DNA of 63,379 nucleotides, the filler included, from Intoshia linei (Eukaryota; Animalia; Orthonectida): the NCBI GenBank assembly GCA_001642005.1. It is 5 parts of 5 records of this genome, joined end to end, with 100 filler letters (N's around TTAATTAATTAA, not from the genome) between each part and the next. Parts side by side here need not be neighbours in the genome. Positions count along the whole stretch, not along the records: positions 25,784 to 42,461 come from LWCA01000867.1; 4 more parts are not named here. One strand, given 5' to 3'. This document shows, piece after piece, positions 26,319-39,054 of the stretch; positions within the stretch are counted from its first letter, which is position 1; each line of letters opens with the position of its first letter. The translations under genes were made by a program, and so were the position numbers. The notes below the pieces were generated by a model. The model saw only the letters and a program-made list of their open reading frames with translations, had not been told where the DNA came from and made no database searches.

Positions 26319-28803
26319 TCCTTGATTTGTATAAAAATGAATGTCTGTGTGTGTAACTATTTATTGAAAAAATGAGTCGCCGGATTTAAAAAACCCAATT
26401 TCTAATACAGTTTTGTCTAGGACGTGTTTTTATCTATTTCTCAGTTTCATCATTTGAGTCCTTCAGGGTCAAAAATCCAATTTGCTTTTTTTTTTAAAAA
26501 AAATCAGCTCAAAATCAACCCAAAAATTTAATAAAATATACAATCTAGAACGCATTTTAAAAGCATAACCATTGCCGTTAATCTTAGACTCATAAACGCA
26601 CATATTTATTTATATTTATTACACTGCTTTGCAATATTGGTAAAATTCATCTGAAATATGTTTCTAAAGTGCTGATTCCGTTAATTATTGATACATACAG
26701 TGCCGGAAAAAAGTCTTGAGCCACCAATGAATGTTTTAGAATTCGATAAATAACTCAAAAATTAAGTGAACTGATTTTAGAAATTTAAAAAATATTGACT
26801 AAACAAATATACTATCTATTATACAACTGATTGCCATTATCTGTGATTGCTTAGAATATCATTGTTTCTGTAGTGAAAAATTATTATTCAATATTTTGAG
26901 CCATCTACGATTTTGTGATAAATAAACTTGTATCTATTTGAAATCATAAGGTTAGTATTTTTAAAATTAACATAATATTATTTATAAGGTTTATAATACA
27001 TAAATAACATTTTATTCTTGTTATTTTAATAATGGCACCGATACCTCTCGAAAAAAGAAAAAATATAATTAACCTCCATCAAAAACAAGTTTCTCAACGT
27101 AAAATTGCTATAGACTGCGGGGTTTCAAGGAGCTCAGTTCAGGAAATCATTAAAAAATTCAAGAATCAAAAATCCGTCATAGATATGTCCGATCAGAACG
27201 TCCACGCATGTTATCGGTAAGAGATGAACGTTGTTTATGCAAAGAGTCTCGTATATTCCCCGGTAAAAGTGCGAAAAATGTGAAAAGAGACTCACTGAGA
27301 TCTTCAGTTAGCATGTCCACTTAAACAGTAAGGCGATATATCAGAAATAATGATCTATGGGGAAAAATATCAGCCAAAAAGACATTGCTATCTAAACCTA
27401 ACATAAAAAAGAGATTGTTATAGTGTCAATCTCACCTAAAATGGATTAGAATATAATAGGATAAAATAGATTGGAATAAGGTGTTATTTACGGATGAAAG
27501 TAAAATACAACTATTATCTACTACCAAGTCATATGTTAGAAGGCCAAAAGAAAAAAGATTCGATCCAAAATACACAACTAATACTACAAAATATTCACCG
27601 TCAATAATGGTATGGGGTGCCATTCGATACGATGGTAGGCGCATTCATGTGAGATGTAATGGAAATGTTGATTAAAATGAATAAATTAGGATTTTATCTA
27701 TTATCTATTAATTAGCTTTTACCCCAAAAGATTTTTTTTCAATAGGATAACGCGCCTTGCCATAAATTTATAAAAAGTATGGAATACGTATCTTCTAGGC
27801 GAATTAAATTACTTGAAAACTGGCCACCACAGAGTCCTGATATTAATATCATTGAAAATAGGTGGCATACATTGAAAGAGAATATCAAACTTCTTCAACC
27901 AAAAAATGTCGAAGAATTATGTGCGGTAACGGTGGAGGAATGGAATAAAATACCTAATTGTTACGTATCAAAACTTTATAATAGTATAGAAAGATGAATT
28001 AAGGTGATTGTAATGTCAAAAGGACATCATATGAAATATTAAATATTTTTTTTTCAAAAAGTGTAGTAATTAATTATAATCAACGTAAATTAAAAAATTA
28101 CCCAAATAATTATAACATTTAAAAGTGGCTCAAAACTTTTGTGTCTAAAAATATTTCCAATAATTTTTTAAATTAAAATTAACTTAATTAATTATTGTTA
28201 TTCTATTACACGATTCAGCATAATATTAAATATATTCACCTATATTATGTTCTTATTTAAAATTTAAAAATCGAATGACTAGTTTCTATGCTATCGATCA
28301 AAATATATTATTGCGTAGGGGGACTCAAGACTTTTTTCCGGCACTGTAATTGGTATTTTTAAGTATTTATTAAATTGTTACTGAATATATATTATCACAT
28401 TGAAAATGACAAAATAGGTTTTTATAATTTTATTTTTTCTGGAATTTATGCTATTTTGACAAAATTTTTAAGATGACTGTTTTTACTTTTTTTTTTAATA
28501 TTATACACACATTCTATCTAATAAATTAAAAAAATGTGATTAAAAATTGTTTTCAAAATTCTTTACACAAATGTTAACAAAAAAAAATTAAGATGGAATA
28601 ATTCCCTTTAAAGTAAAAATTAATGTATATGACGGGTCCACGTGCAACAAGTTTGGAACCACTCCGTTAAATGATTGATAATTGTGAATAGTAGCATTTT
28701 TAGGTTAAATTTTCTTATTGAATTTATTTTCTGATAGAATAAAATTTCCGCCCTCGGCAGAGCTAGGATGCTGTTTGTACAAAGTACATAACAGTCAAGC
28801 TAG
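26319..28803 (+). mobile_element. Non-autonomous Helitron (both termini) containing a Tc1 insertion
   Basis: 5' A|TCCTTGATTTGTATAAAAATGAATGTCTGTGTGTGT; 3' hairpin CTGTTTGTAC-AAA-GTACATAACAG followed by CTAG|T at 28800-28803; no TSD. Confidence 0.85.
26698..28346 (+). mobile_element. Tc1-family transposon with pseudogenised transposase (27032-28041)
   Basis: TIR CAGTGCCGGAAAAAAGTCTTGAG and TA TSD. Paired-like HTH, FTDESK, IMVWGAI, DNAPCH..WPPQSPDINIIEN motifs with several stops. Confidence 0.95.
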
Positions 28804-28818
28804 TAAGTAAATGATTAC

Positions 28819-30942
28819 TTTAATTTCTTGTTTCAATTCATCAATTTGATTTTTATAAGATTCATTGAGTTCTTTACTTCGATTCAATCTTATTTCACTT
28901 GTTGACAATAATTGACTCTTGTTTTTATTATTTTTCTGTAATTGTTCATTTTCCTAAAATATTATAATATAAAATGTAATACTTGTATATAAAAAAGTAT
29001 AAAATTAAACCTAACTAATAATAATCCTACCTAGACGGCGTATTGTTATCACTACAAGAGGTTCGTTGTTAAAATCTTATTTTTAAAAAATTGGTAATTG
29101 TCAACTCCTAATTAATCATAAACTAATTTATATACAGTAAAAATTCAATTATGCGTACGGAAATTTGCCCGAAAATTTTGGTAAAATATTTTTTATTATT
29201 GTATTAAAGTATATTAGGATTATTGATTTATATTCTCATCAACATACTATTCATCCAAATTTATTAAACACGATTTTAGACACCTTAGAAATAATGATTC
29301 CAGTGTATTTCAAGAGTTCCTGCACTACATCTGTATTGCAGGGGTCCTCATCCTCGTGTTCACAATTAAAAAAAAATTTAAGTTTTTATGAAAACTAATT
29401 TCATTTTTGCTATTAAATTTATTGTAATTTAGATTATAAATTCTAACACATTAAAATTATTTAAAAACCGTTCCAGAATTTTTGAATTTTTTTATTTTAA
29501 AAAAAAATAAAATAAATATAAAAAATATATTATTTTTAAAAAATTACTTTTTGTTTTGTAGTTTTTTACTCTGAAGACGTTAATTGATGATAATGAAATT
29601 TGTTATAAAACATTACTCTCTTAAAACCGTATTGGAAATTAATTTTTTAATTAAACGGTAACAAGCAGACATTCAATTTTACTTAAATATCCCACGTACA
29701 GTAGGTGTAGGTGTCCCAACACTATTAAAATTGTAATATGTGCCAATCTGTCAAAAAGAGTGAGGACCCTGGACAAGAATATTGATAATGACAGTACTAA
29801 TAATAATTATAATATTTTACTTTTTGATATTTAATAATTTCAATTTCTAAATTTTCAATTTTTTTTTCTACTGTATTAAAAACATTTTGATATTTAGTAA
29901 ATTGTGATTTAATCATTTTTAGTTGTTTATCCTTTTTTTCCAATTCTGTTTCAGCACATTTTCTTGATGCGGCTTCATTAATGTACAAATGTTCCTTATT
30001 ATTTAAAATTAAAAAAACTAATAAAACTAATACAGTGTATGTAGTAGGTGTACTAAAGTTTTACCTGTTGCTTTAAATCTCCATTCATCTTTTCAATTTC
30101 ATCTTTTTGTAAACGAATTTGAGCCAACAGTACATTTGTTTTAGTCTCTAATTATTAAGTTATTTAAAAAACAAATTTTATCAGTAATCGATAACGTCTC
30201 AAAAAGGAAATAAGTAAACTTAAGGTATGTATCGTGTCGAATACTGATCAGTGATAATTATTAAAGAATAAAAACTTGTATTTAAATTTTCCATCTCAGA
30301 TATTATGTTGATGTCATTGGGAATTTGAGGATGAATATCAGATATTTTCGGAAATTCTGTAAACCCATCAACTTCATCATCTTTATTCACATTTTTAAAA
30401 ATATTGGAATTTTCATTTTTTTCAGTAAAATTAATTTGATCTACATTTTCGTTTTCGTTAAAATTATACATATTTTCAATTTTTGATTCAATGTCTGTTA
30501 TTATTTCAGAATTAAATTTTTTTTCTTTTTTTAACTTTTTTAATTCTCTATTCTTACTCTCAATTTCTTCGTTTTCTAGTTTTTCAATATTTAAATCAGC
30601 AATTTCAGATGGAGAGGGAGAGCAAGAATTGAAATGAGACTGATAAGGAACAGGTAGCATCGAATCGGCATTAATGTTTATATTTTCAACGTTGAATATT
30701 TCTTCTTGTTGTAGTAAAATTTTTTCAACGTTTCTGTCGATTCGATCCTTTTCCAAATTTAACTTTTTATTAATTTCTCTAAATTATTCATTTTATTTTT
30801 TATTATAATTGTAAATCAAAGTCACACTTGGACTGTCTAGATTTAAATGGACACCTCTCAGCTTTAAAAATTATCTCAATATTTAAATTTACCGATATTT
30901 CTCTTCAGAATCTATAAATTTTGTTTTTTTGGTTTTTTTCAT
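28819..30942 (-). CDS. TEX9: TEX9-like coiled-coil protein (3' exons not found in this contig)
   Basis: Exons give FIDSEEKYR..VEKILLQQEE; VLLAQIRLQKDEIE; IKSQFTKYQNVF..KIENLE; STSEIRLNRSKELNESYK, resembling TEX9 'EEEYKRLN..', 'QVEKYK' and 'SATEVRLNRALEE'. Confidence 0.7.
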
Positions 30943-32287
30943 TTTATTATAATAATTATTGTTTACTAACTACATCAAAACATAAGTTGTTAAGTTAAAT
31001 TACTATTTATAGGAATGAGATAATTTCATTCCGATTTATTATTACGTAGTAATTGAATATATTCAATCATTCCATTCAATGGTGTTATTTACTCGGTTGG
31101 TAACGTGTACAATGTTGCATCAAAACCATGTGAATCTAATTAAATGTATTTGTTAAATTTATTGAATTCACAATTTTTACGCATTTTAAATTTAAATTCT
31201 GAATTGATGCGTAAACTTTTTTTATATAGCATATAGAAATATCTAAAAAAATGATGGCTTTTTACATTACATTTAATGAAGTTATATATTATCTTATATT
31301 ATATCTATAGTCAATTTATTTTACTATTTTTATTTATCTCTATATTTATTTTATCATCAGTCTAAACAACAGTCAAATAGTCCCTGGATCCATTTTCTCA
31401 TGATTTTTACTTTATCAAGGAAATAATTTGTAATTGCTTCTCATTTCAAATTTTCATGCCAACGAAAAAAATAAAATTTTTTGTGTCACCATGCTCCTTG
31501 GTCATAAAATTCAATGAACCCTAGGTCACGGGATGATCACCTTTGGCGATCCTTACGTTAATCAGAAAAACAATTTATTATTTTTGATTATATACTAACA
31601 ATTATTAAGACTTTACTAATAATAATAACTTTATTAATACTTTAAAGTGAAATACTTCTCAGGCAAATCGAATGAAGCGAAACTATTAGAATCTAAATGT
31701 ATAATTAACACGGTTGAAATTGATATAATTAATTATTTACTGAGTTCCCACAAGGCTATAATAAATAAATTACAATACTAGTAAACAAAAAAATTAATTT
31801 AATTGTATTATAATGATACAATCAAACCGGTTAACATAGGTCACTTTTTCCAACATTCTTGTATGTCGAGTGTTTCATGATAGCGAATAATATCAAATCA
31901 AACAAGTTAACGGACATTCAATACATGCAAGGACTTCATTTATATAAATTATATAAAAAAATGTTACAAACCTCATATTTCTAGTTTATTTAATTTAATG
32001 GTTTTAAACATTTTTGACAGCCAACCACTTGTAAAATAAAAATTTTGCGGCACCGTCATAAGCTATGATTAATAACACGTTAGTAGGCTAAAATTGAAAA
32101 AATAATTGTTTTAATCAGTACGAATTAGTTATCAAAAAAATGTAGGATTCTATTTATAAAATCTTTTGATAACCTTATCGTGAAAAATTTTATACCTACC
32201 AATTAAACGTTAAATAAATAAAATAAATTTCGTTAAATTTTTTGAAAATGAAAATTTGAGAATGAAAAATTGCAAAGGAATGAATTA

Positions 32288-33707
32288 CAGTAGAATCTCT
32301 TCAATTTAAAGTCAATTTCATTGAATAAATCTTAGTTGTGAACCTTATAAATTCTTTCCATATAGTTACTATACAGGGTGATTGGTAAGTAACGCCCGAT
32401 TTTAAATTCCACATAATGCGACAAAACGTCAGATTTCAGATTCTAAGAAAGTTATACAAGGACAAATAATACAAAGACGAATACAAGTGTATAATATAAT
32501 TGAAGTTTCAAGAACGAACCTTTCGAATGAAAGTTTCAGTCTGTTTGACTCAAATGCTCGAACTGCCAACCTTCAACTACCAGGCAACGTCGCAAACGAT
32601 CAGTCACCAAGCGGATCACCGTCTGACAAATATTGGCGTCGATTGCTGAAATCTTTGTTGTGATTGTGTTTTTCAATTTTTCGATGCTTCTTGGGTTTCT
32701 CCTGTAAACACGATCCTTCAAAAAGCCCCATAAGAACAAGTCACATGGACTAAAATCTGGAGATCTGGGTGGCCATTCAATGAAACCGCGACAGCCAATC
32801 CACCTTTCGCCAAACTTTTCATTTAACTATTCTCGCACCACTCTACCATAGTGCGCCGGGCGCTATCTTGCTGAAACATTATTTCTTGATGTTGCACACG
32901 AGGCCAAAATTTTTCTTGCAGCATTTCCAGGTAAGATTGTAAAGTTATTGCAGTATCAAAAAAGAAAGGTCCAATGATTCCTGATGAAGTGATCGCACAC
33001 CAGATCATAACTCTTGGAAGGTTATTTTTTTTTTCTATGACATTGTTTGGATTGTTAGCAGACCAATAAACACAATTATGGCGTTAATATGGCCATTCAG
33101 TTTGAAAATGGCCTCATCTAACCACCAAATTTTATCGATATTTTTATAAAAATTTTATATGGTTTTCTGAAGAAAATCCAACAAAATACAATTGTATTTA
33201 AATTTAATAGGAAAAACTTAAAAAAAGTGTTCAAACCTTAAAGTTTTTAAAATCAAAATCGGGCGTTACTTACCAATCCCCCTGTATAAAAAGTACACTT
33301 TTGTTGAAGTCAATTTCATTGAAATACTCTTCATTTTAAATATTCACATGTTCACTTTTATATGAATTTTGTAATTGATATAAAAAATATCTGAATTATT
33401 TTATTTACATTTTATATTATTTGTTAATTTTATTATTACGAAATTTTTTCATATAAAATTTAATGTTTCATAGAATGAATATTACTAATAATTTATTTAG
33501 TTAATCTTATATATAAAGAATTAAATCGTATCGGCGTTCGATATTCCATATATAATGATTTAGCTGCTGCTAAAAGTTATTTGAAATTTATTTATTTATT
33601 TTGATTAGTCATAAAAACGTCAAATTAAAAATTGTAAATAACCATTGTAGTTAAAGAATTCCTTGTATTGAATCAAAATGGCACTTTAAATAAAATAGAT
33701 TCTACTG
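32288..33707. mobile_element. pogo/Tigger-like MITE
   Basis: TIR CAGTAGAATCT / AGATTCTACTG and TA TSD; the empty site is visible in other Helitron copies. Confidence 0.8.
32374..33284 (-). mobile_element. DD41D (rosa/Visitor-type) Tc1/mariner element, internally deleted
   Basis: TIR CAGGG(T/G)GATTGGTAAGTAACGCCCGATTTT and TA TSD. QQDSA..H..WIGCRG.IEWPPRSPDFSPCD has 41 residues between the last two Asp after correcting one frameshift. Confidence 0.9.
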
Positions 33708-36700
33708 TATATAGATTTCCACCTATATTTCTTTATTGGAAATGTGTAGACGTTCAATGCATATTAATTTTTTGAAATTGTAGGATCAATATTTACAATT
33801 TCAATTTTTATTTTCAAATCAAAATATTTGAAAAATATTGATTGATAATATATTAAACATTATTTTTCACCGGGAATGCGTTGATTTCTGGGGTTGAAAT
33901 TTTGTATTTATATTAACTGGAATAAGCTCTATCAGAATAATTTTTTTTTTAATTTTCGGACTGTTAATTATTTCACATTTTTTGTTTTAATAAAATATTT
34001 TGGAAAAAAAATATTTGAATACTAAAATGCTTTTTTTTCCGTGAAGTCGTCACTTATTCGGATTGAAATTAGTTATGTGTGTTAACAGGATACAACTGTA
34101 TCACCTGTAAATTTTTTTAAATTCTAGAGCTGTTTTCATTAAAAAAAAAGGGTAATGTGGGGTTTTGGCCCTGAAGATATAATTTTTTTAAATATTCTTT
34201 TCTAAATTTGTGCAATTCATATTGGTGAAATTTTACAAGATTGTGTTGCTGGAATAAATTGCTACCATTGTCTATAATGTACGTAATAAATATAATCTCA
34301 AACGTGTTGTTTTGTTCTAATTTATTTGGTTTTTTATTATAACATAACAGTAATAAAAATTATTTATATTAATATTTAGTATTCACTATTTTATTTTGAC
34401 TTGAAAATCACAGCGGCTGACACTGACTTAAAATTATTTTTTTATTTACATTTAATTGTTAATAATATTAATAGCATGGATATGAAATAACTTCAGTATT
34501 CGTTATTACTGTTTTACCAATAATTGCCAATAATATTATAGACAATTACGAAAATTGTTTCATTTAATTGAAGGCCTTTCAAAAAGGCACCAGAACTCTA
34601 CACACCATTTGCAATCATAGTAAAGTATAATTTTAACTTAAATAATCGTGTCATTTTTCATGTATTTCACATAGTTTTTAACTAACCATTAACGAACAGG
34701 TTCTTAACCTGGATACAAATTTTTTTCTAAATATTTAAATAGCCCTTACTATTAATTATTATAATTATTAATTTATTACTTTATCCAGGTACATGAATCA
34801 CAACGAACATACCGATATGTACCTTTGGCCAAACAGACTTTGGAAAAGCTTGTTCAAGGAGTAAAAAAGATTTTGCTAAACAAGGATTTGGAAAACAGTA
34901 TAAGCATAGGAAATTTAAAAAATTATAATATACGTTTAAAATATACATTAAAAATTAATTAGTAATTTAAGGCGATGTTATTCAAACGCAGAATTTTATT
35001 TCTCCTATAAACACAATTTCAGAGTTATCTACAGCCTATGAACTTTTATCTCAACGCGATACAAGTAATGTGAATGTAACTCACGAAAATCAAAATCCGA
35101 TATATGATAATGACGATGTTTGTAGTGAAATATCTACTCCAGAAATTTTAAGTGACGCATCCGTCGTCAGTGAATCATTTTGATTAAATAAATATTTTTT
35201 TTAAATTAAAATTTATAATTACATACATAATGTATGTATTTTATATTGTAGGATTTTCCCGCCTTTTGGAAACGATAGTCCGTTAAGTCCAATAAAATTT
35301 AATTTAACGAATCTAATTCTTTTTTAAAATGGTGTCAAATTAATAATCCTCTAATAATCGAGGCCAAAATAAGTATTGGATTAATATTTAATATAAAAGT
35401 AATAGTTAATAGCATGATATGACATTGTATTTATGTAAAAGTTTATTATTAACGAATTTATTTTTTTTGTTGAATTAAAATAGTCCTCCATTTGCACGAT
35501 TAAGTACATTCTACCAAACATTTAGTTATCAAGTTATTACTTTAATAAGATAAGAAGAAAGTAAATCAACTTTGACTACATACTAGTGTGTTTAACTTTT
35601 GTAAAAACTACTGAGTTATTTAATGAGTATTTAGTTTTACTTTTATTGAGTTATTGGATTTTTTTTATACTGAGTTTATAAACTTAGTACTTTTAAGAAT
35701 AAATTTTGCCAATCAGATTGCTTTTTCAATCAATGCATTAAATAAATAATTAAATTATCAATACCTGCAATAGTGCATCAGTTGAAAGATTATTTTTTGT
35801 TATTATTAAATTTGTATTCACGAATTTACATGGCACAACATTTTAATACTTTGTAAATTTTTTTGGCTAACTTTTGTTATTTTGTGAAAAAGTGAATCGA
35901 GAAAATACTATTATAAAAATTTAAAAGAAAATTGACACGTGGTTACTGAAATTACAACGATTACCTAAAAAAGATTTAAAACCTTTTTTTATGTTTATAT
36001 TACAATTATTTTGGATGTAAAAAGTTTTTTTAAATATATTTACACTTAAAATATAATAATAACATTGTGTAAACTAGGATTTAACCTTCAAATCTCAAAA
36101 ACGTCAAGGGTTTCCGTAAAACAATCTTTGTTTAAGAGTTTTGGGATATGATTTTAACATATTTACTAACAAGTGAAGGTGCTTAATTTAATTAAAATAG
36201 CCAACTTTATAACATGTAAATTTTATTTAAGTTTTCTGAAATATTCAGCAAAATACATTTCTTCATATGTCATCATGAAGTCATTTTTGTAATTAGTTTG
36301 TAATTGTTATTAATTAGTGTTATTAATTTTTGTATTTTAAACAATACTTATTGTTTAATAGGTGAGTATTTAATTATATACGAAAGTATTGAAACCATAC
36401 ACGGATTATTTAACGTTTTATTTATTGTTAATTTAAAAGGGGATCGTGCGTGAAAAAATGTTAAGAAGCGTTGCACTAGGGTGTCACACTTTTTAAATTT
36501 GGAATTCATGTATTAATATATATTATTTTATATGAATATAGATTTTTGTTAAAATAACTTAAAATGTTGAATAAAATAGCACGACCCCAAAATATTTTAG
36601 CAACCCCACTTGGGGTCGCGACCCCGAGATTAAGAAACCTGCCCTAGTGGACATACGGTGAAATTAATATAATTTAAACACCGGATTTAGACGTATATTA

Positions 36701-38132
36701 AATTTTATTTAAAAATGTAATATATTTTTATTGTTTTCCGATTTGAATTGTGATTTTAATCTAATAAGTAATTAATATGTTATGCACTATACTAGATATA
36801 TATTAATATATGTATATTGTTATATAATTTATTCAAAATTTGATTTATTATAACATTTTAGTAAGACGTGTTCATTTTGTATAAAATAAAAAATATAACG
36901 GTATAACTTAAAACAAAAACTTGTAGTACAGGGGTCTGAAACCAGTGGCCACTGAATAATTTTGGTCGCCCTTTAAGTAAATATGTAAATTATTTATTTT
37001 TTAACTAACGGGTAAACACTTTTCTACCATAATTGGTTCATAATAATGATTTAAGCTCTGAATTTTCAAATCGTCTTGGATATTATTTTGTTGAATATAC
37101 TACAATTGTTTCTCTTCAGTTAAAATTGAAATTTATCATGTATAACTTTTCAAAAACGGAGCCCGTAGAATTTTTTCATAAAAAAAGTGGCCCACGAGAC
37201 GTGAAAAATTTCCGACTTTTATTGTAGCGGGTAAGTTGAAGTGTGAATCTGTATTATTAAATAATTTTCGAAATTTTGAATTAAAAAATTGGGTAGATAA
37301 CTAATATTCAAATTGGAGTTGATAATTAACTGATGCGATAATATTGAACCCGTCATACTATTAATTTTAATTAAATCAAATTTACCTAATAAGTCTAAAT
37401 TAAAATTCTCTAGATACCATAGTTCATCATCTATAATTGTAAAATGTTATCAATAATAATATTGTATTTAATTTAATGCAATATATTATATACCCTTATT
37501 GGTTGGCTCTAAATTATCTGTATGTTTTGGTAAAAGATGGAAATATTATAAAAATGTCAAATAAGTACACATTTTATTATACTTTTAAATTTATATTAAC
37601 CCTTTCGTACATGATCACATCAAATATGCTAATAAAAAAATAATCTTTTACGAAATTTATTTAGAGTTTATAATAAACTTTATACTTAATTATTATATTT
37701 TATATTATATTATATATATATTTATATTATATATTATATAATTTTTTCCAGACACAAAATCGATGGGTGACCCGATAAAGGTGATGAAATATATCACCAG
37801 TATTTGTCAATTGAACAAAATATGGAAACAATCCGATAATAACAGGGTTGATAGATAAGTATTTATGTATTTAAGTATTATTTTTTCAGAGCACAATCAC
37901 TAGTCATAGGGGGATGTTAAGAATTAGTTACCTTTTTTTTTAATCATATTCTCGATTATTTTATTCACTAAAATATACATATTAGGTTGTAAACTTTTTT
38001 AAAAATAAAAAAGTATATTTTTTACTAATTTGTCAGACTCATCCTAATGTCCAGTTAACATACACAAAAAATTTAATTCACGATCAAAAAGACACTTTAG
38101 TATTGATTTTTTTTATTGAAACTATTTTAGTG

Positions 38133-38530
38133 TAGGGTGCACAACCTGCGGCCGTCACAATACATGTGATCATAATGTAATATCATGATTTTACTTCAAA
38201 TTGAATTGTTTAAATCAGATTTTATTCAAGAGAAATTTAAAATATTTGAATCAAAAAGTTACATTTAATAAATCTCTGCACTGTCCATCTTTTTAAAATG
38301 GATTAATTTAAATTTTGTGGTTGCTTTATTGTGCAATGAATTATACCATTTTACGTCAAATTGAAAAGATTTAAATAAAATTTATTCAAAAGTAATTTAA
38401 AATATTTTAATCAAAGTTACATTTTGGATTTTGACTACTTTCTCAATATCAAAGTAAATTTTGTTCTTCCGCAGTATCAATGAATAAATTAGCTTAGCGG
38501 TTGAATTGGTGAAAAAGTTGTGCACCCCTA
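38133..38530. mobile_element. hAT MITE
   Basis: TAGGGTGCACAAC / GTTGTGCACCCCTA; TSD TTTTAGTG/GTTTAGTG. Confidence 0.8.
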
Positions 38531-38701
38531 GTTTAGTGTATACGTAAAATTAATATTACTTTTATCATGTACACTTTCTAAAATAATAAAGTATAAGATT
38601 TATTTTTAATTACATATTTTCTGATAAATAAAAGAAATATAAAATTATAATTAACTTAACTTAATTAATTTTATTTTTAACTTTATTTTATTATCGCCAA
38701 A

Positions 38702-38990
38702 ATGACAAATAAAAGATGTAAAGTATGGAATTATTTTACATTAGTAAATATTAATGAAGCTAAATGCACAAAATGCGTTAAAATTGTAAAATTTTTAGGA
38801 ACTACCAGTGGATTATGTTATCACGTTAAAAATGTTCATAATTTTACCTTAAACGAAGATACAAACCAACAAAAGTGCGAAGGATAGATTTTCTTGTTAT
38901 TAAAAAATCGATGGAAGAAGGGGTATCGAAAATGGCAGCCAGCCTGTTACAATTGATGGTGCGGCAGTAATGTGCAAATTTGGGCAAATT
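38702..38990 (+). pseudogene. BED zinc-finger hAT transposase remnant
   Basis: KVWNYF..EAKCTKC..GTTSGL..H...H BED motif, followed by a stop and decayed sequence. Confidence 0.75.
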
Positions 38991-39054
38991 CTACTTTATA
39001 AACAAAAATAAATAATATAACAGTTGTAATTAATTTTTCAATTAAATTAGTTTA

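Larger units (their letters stand above)
32020..34190 (-). mobile_element. Helitron fragment hosting a nested MITE and DD41D element
   Basis: 32260-32287 and 33708-34190 join to match the uninterrupted copy at ~19940-20450. Confidence 0.7.
31663..35183 (+). pseudogene. FANCD2: FANCD2 C-terminal region only, with in-frame TAA at 34565-34567
   Basis: Exons 34475-34624, 34789-34933 and ~34971-35183 read HGYEIT..VLPII..*LKAFQKGTRTLHTICNHSK|VHESQRTYRYVPLAKQTLEKLVQGVKKILL..ISIGNLKNYNI|RDVIQTQ plus an acidic tail. This is colinear with FANCD2 'FQ..TR.LH..CGHSK....L...VP..KK.LE.LV..VK.ML....GNLKNRDL'. Confidence 0.78.
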
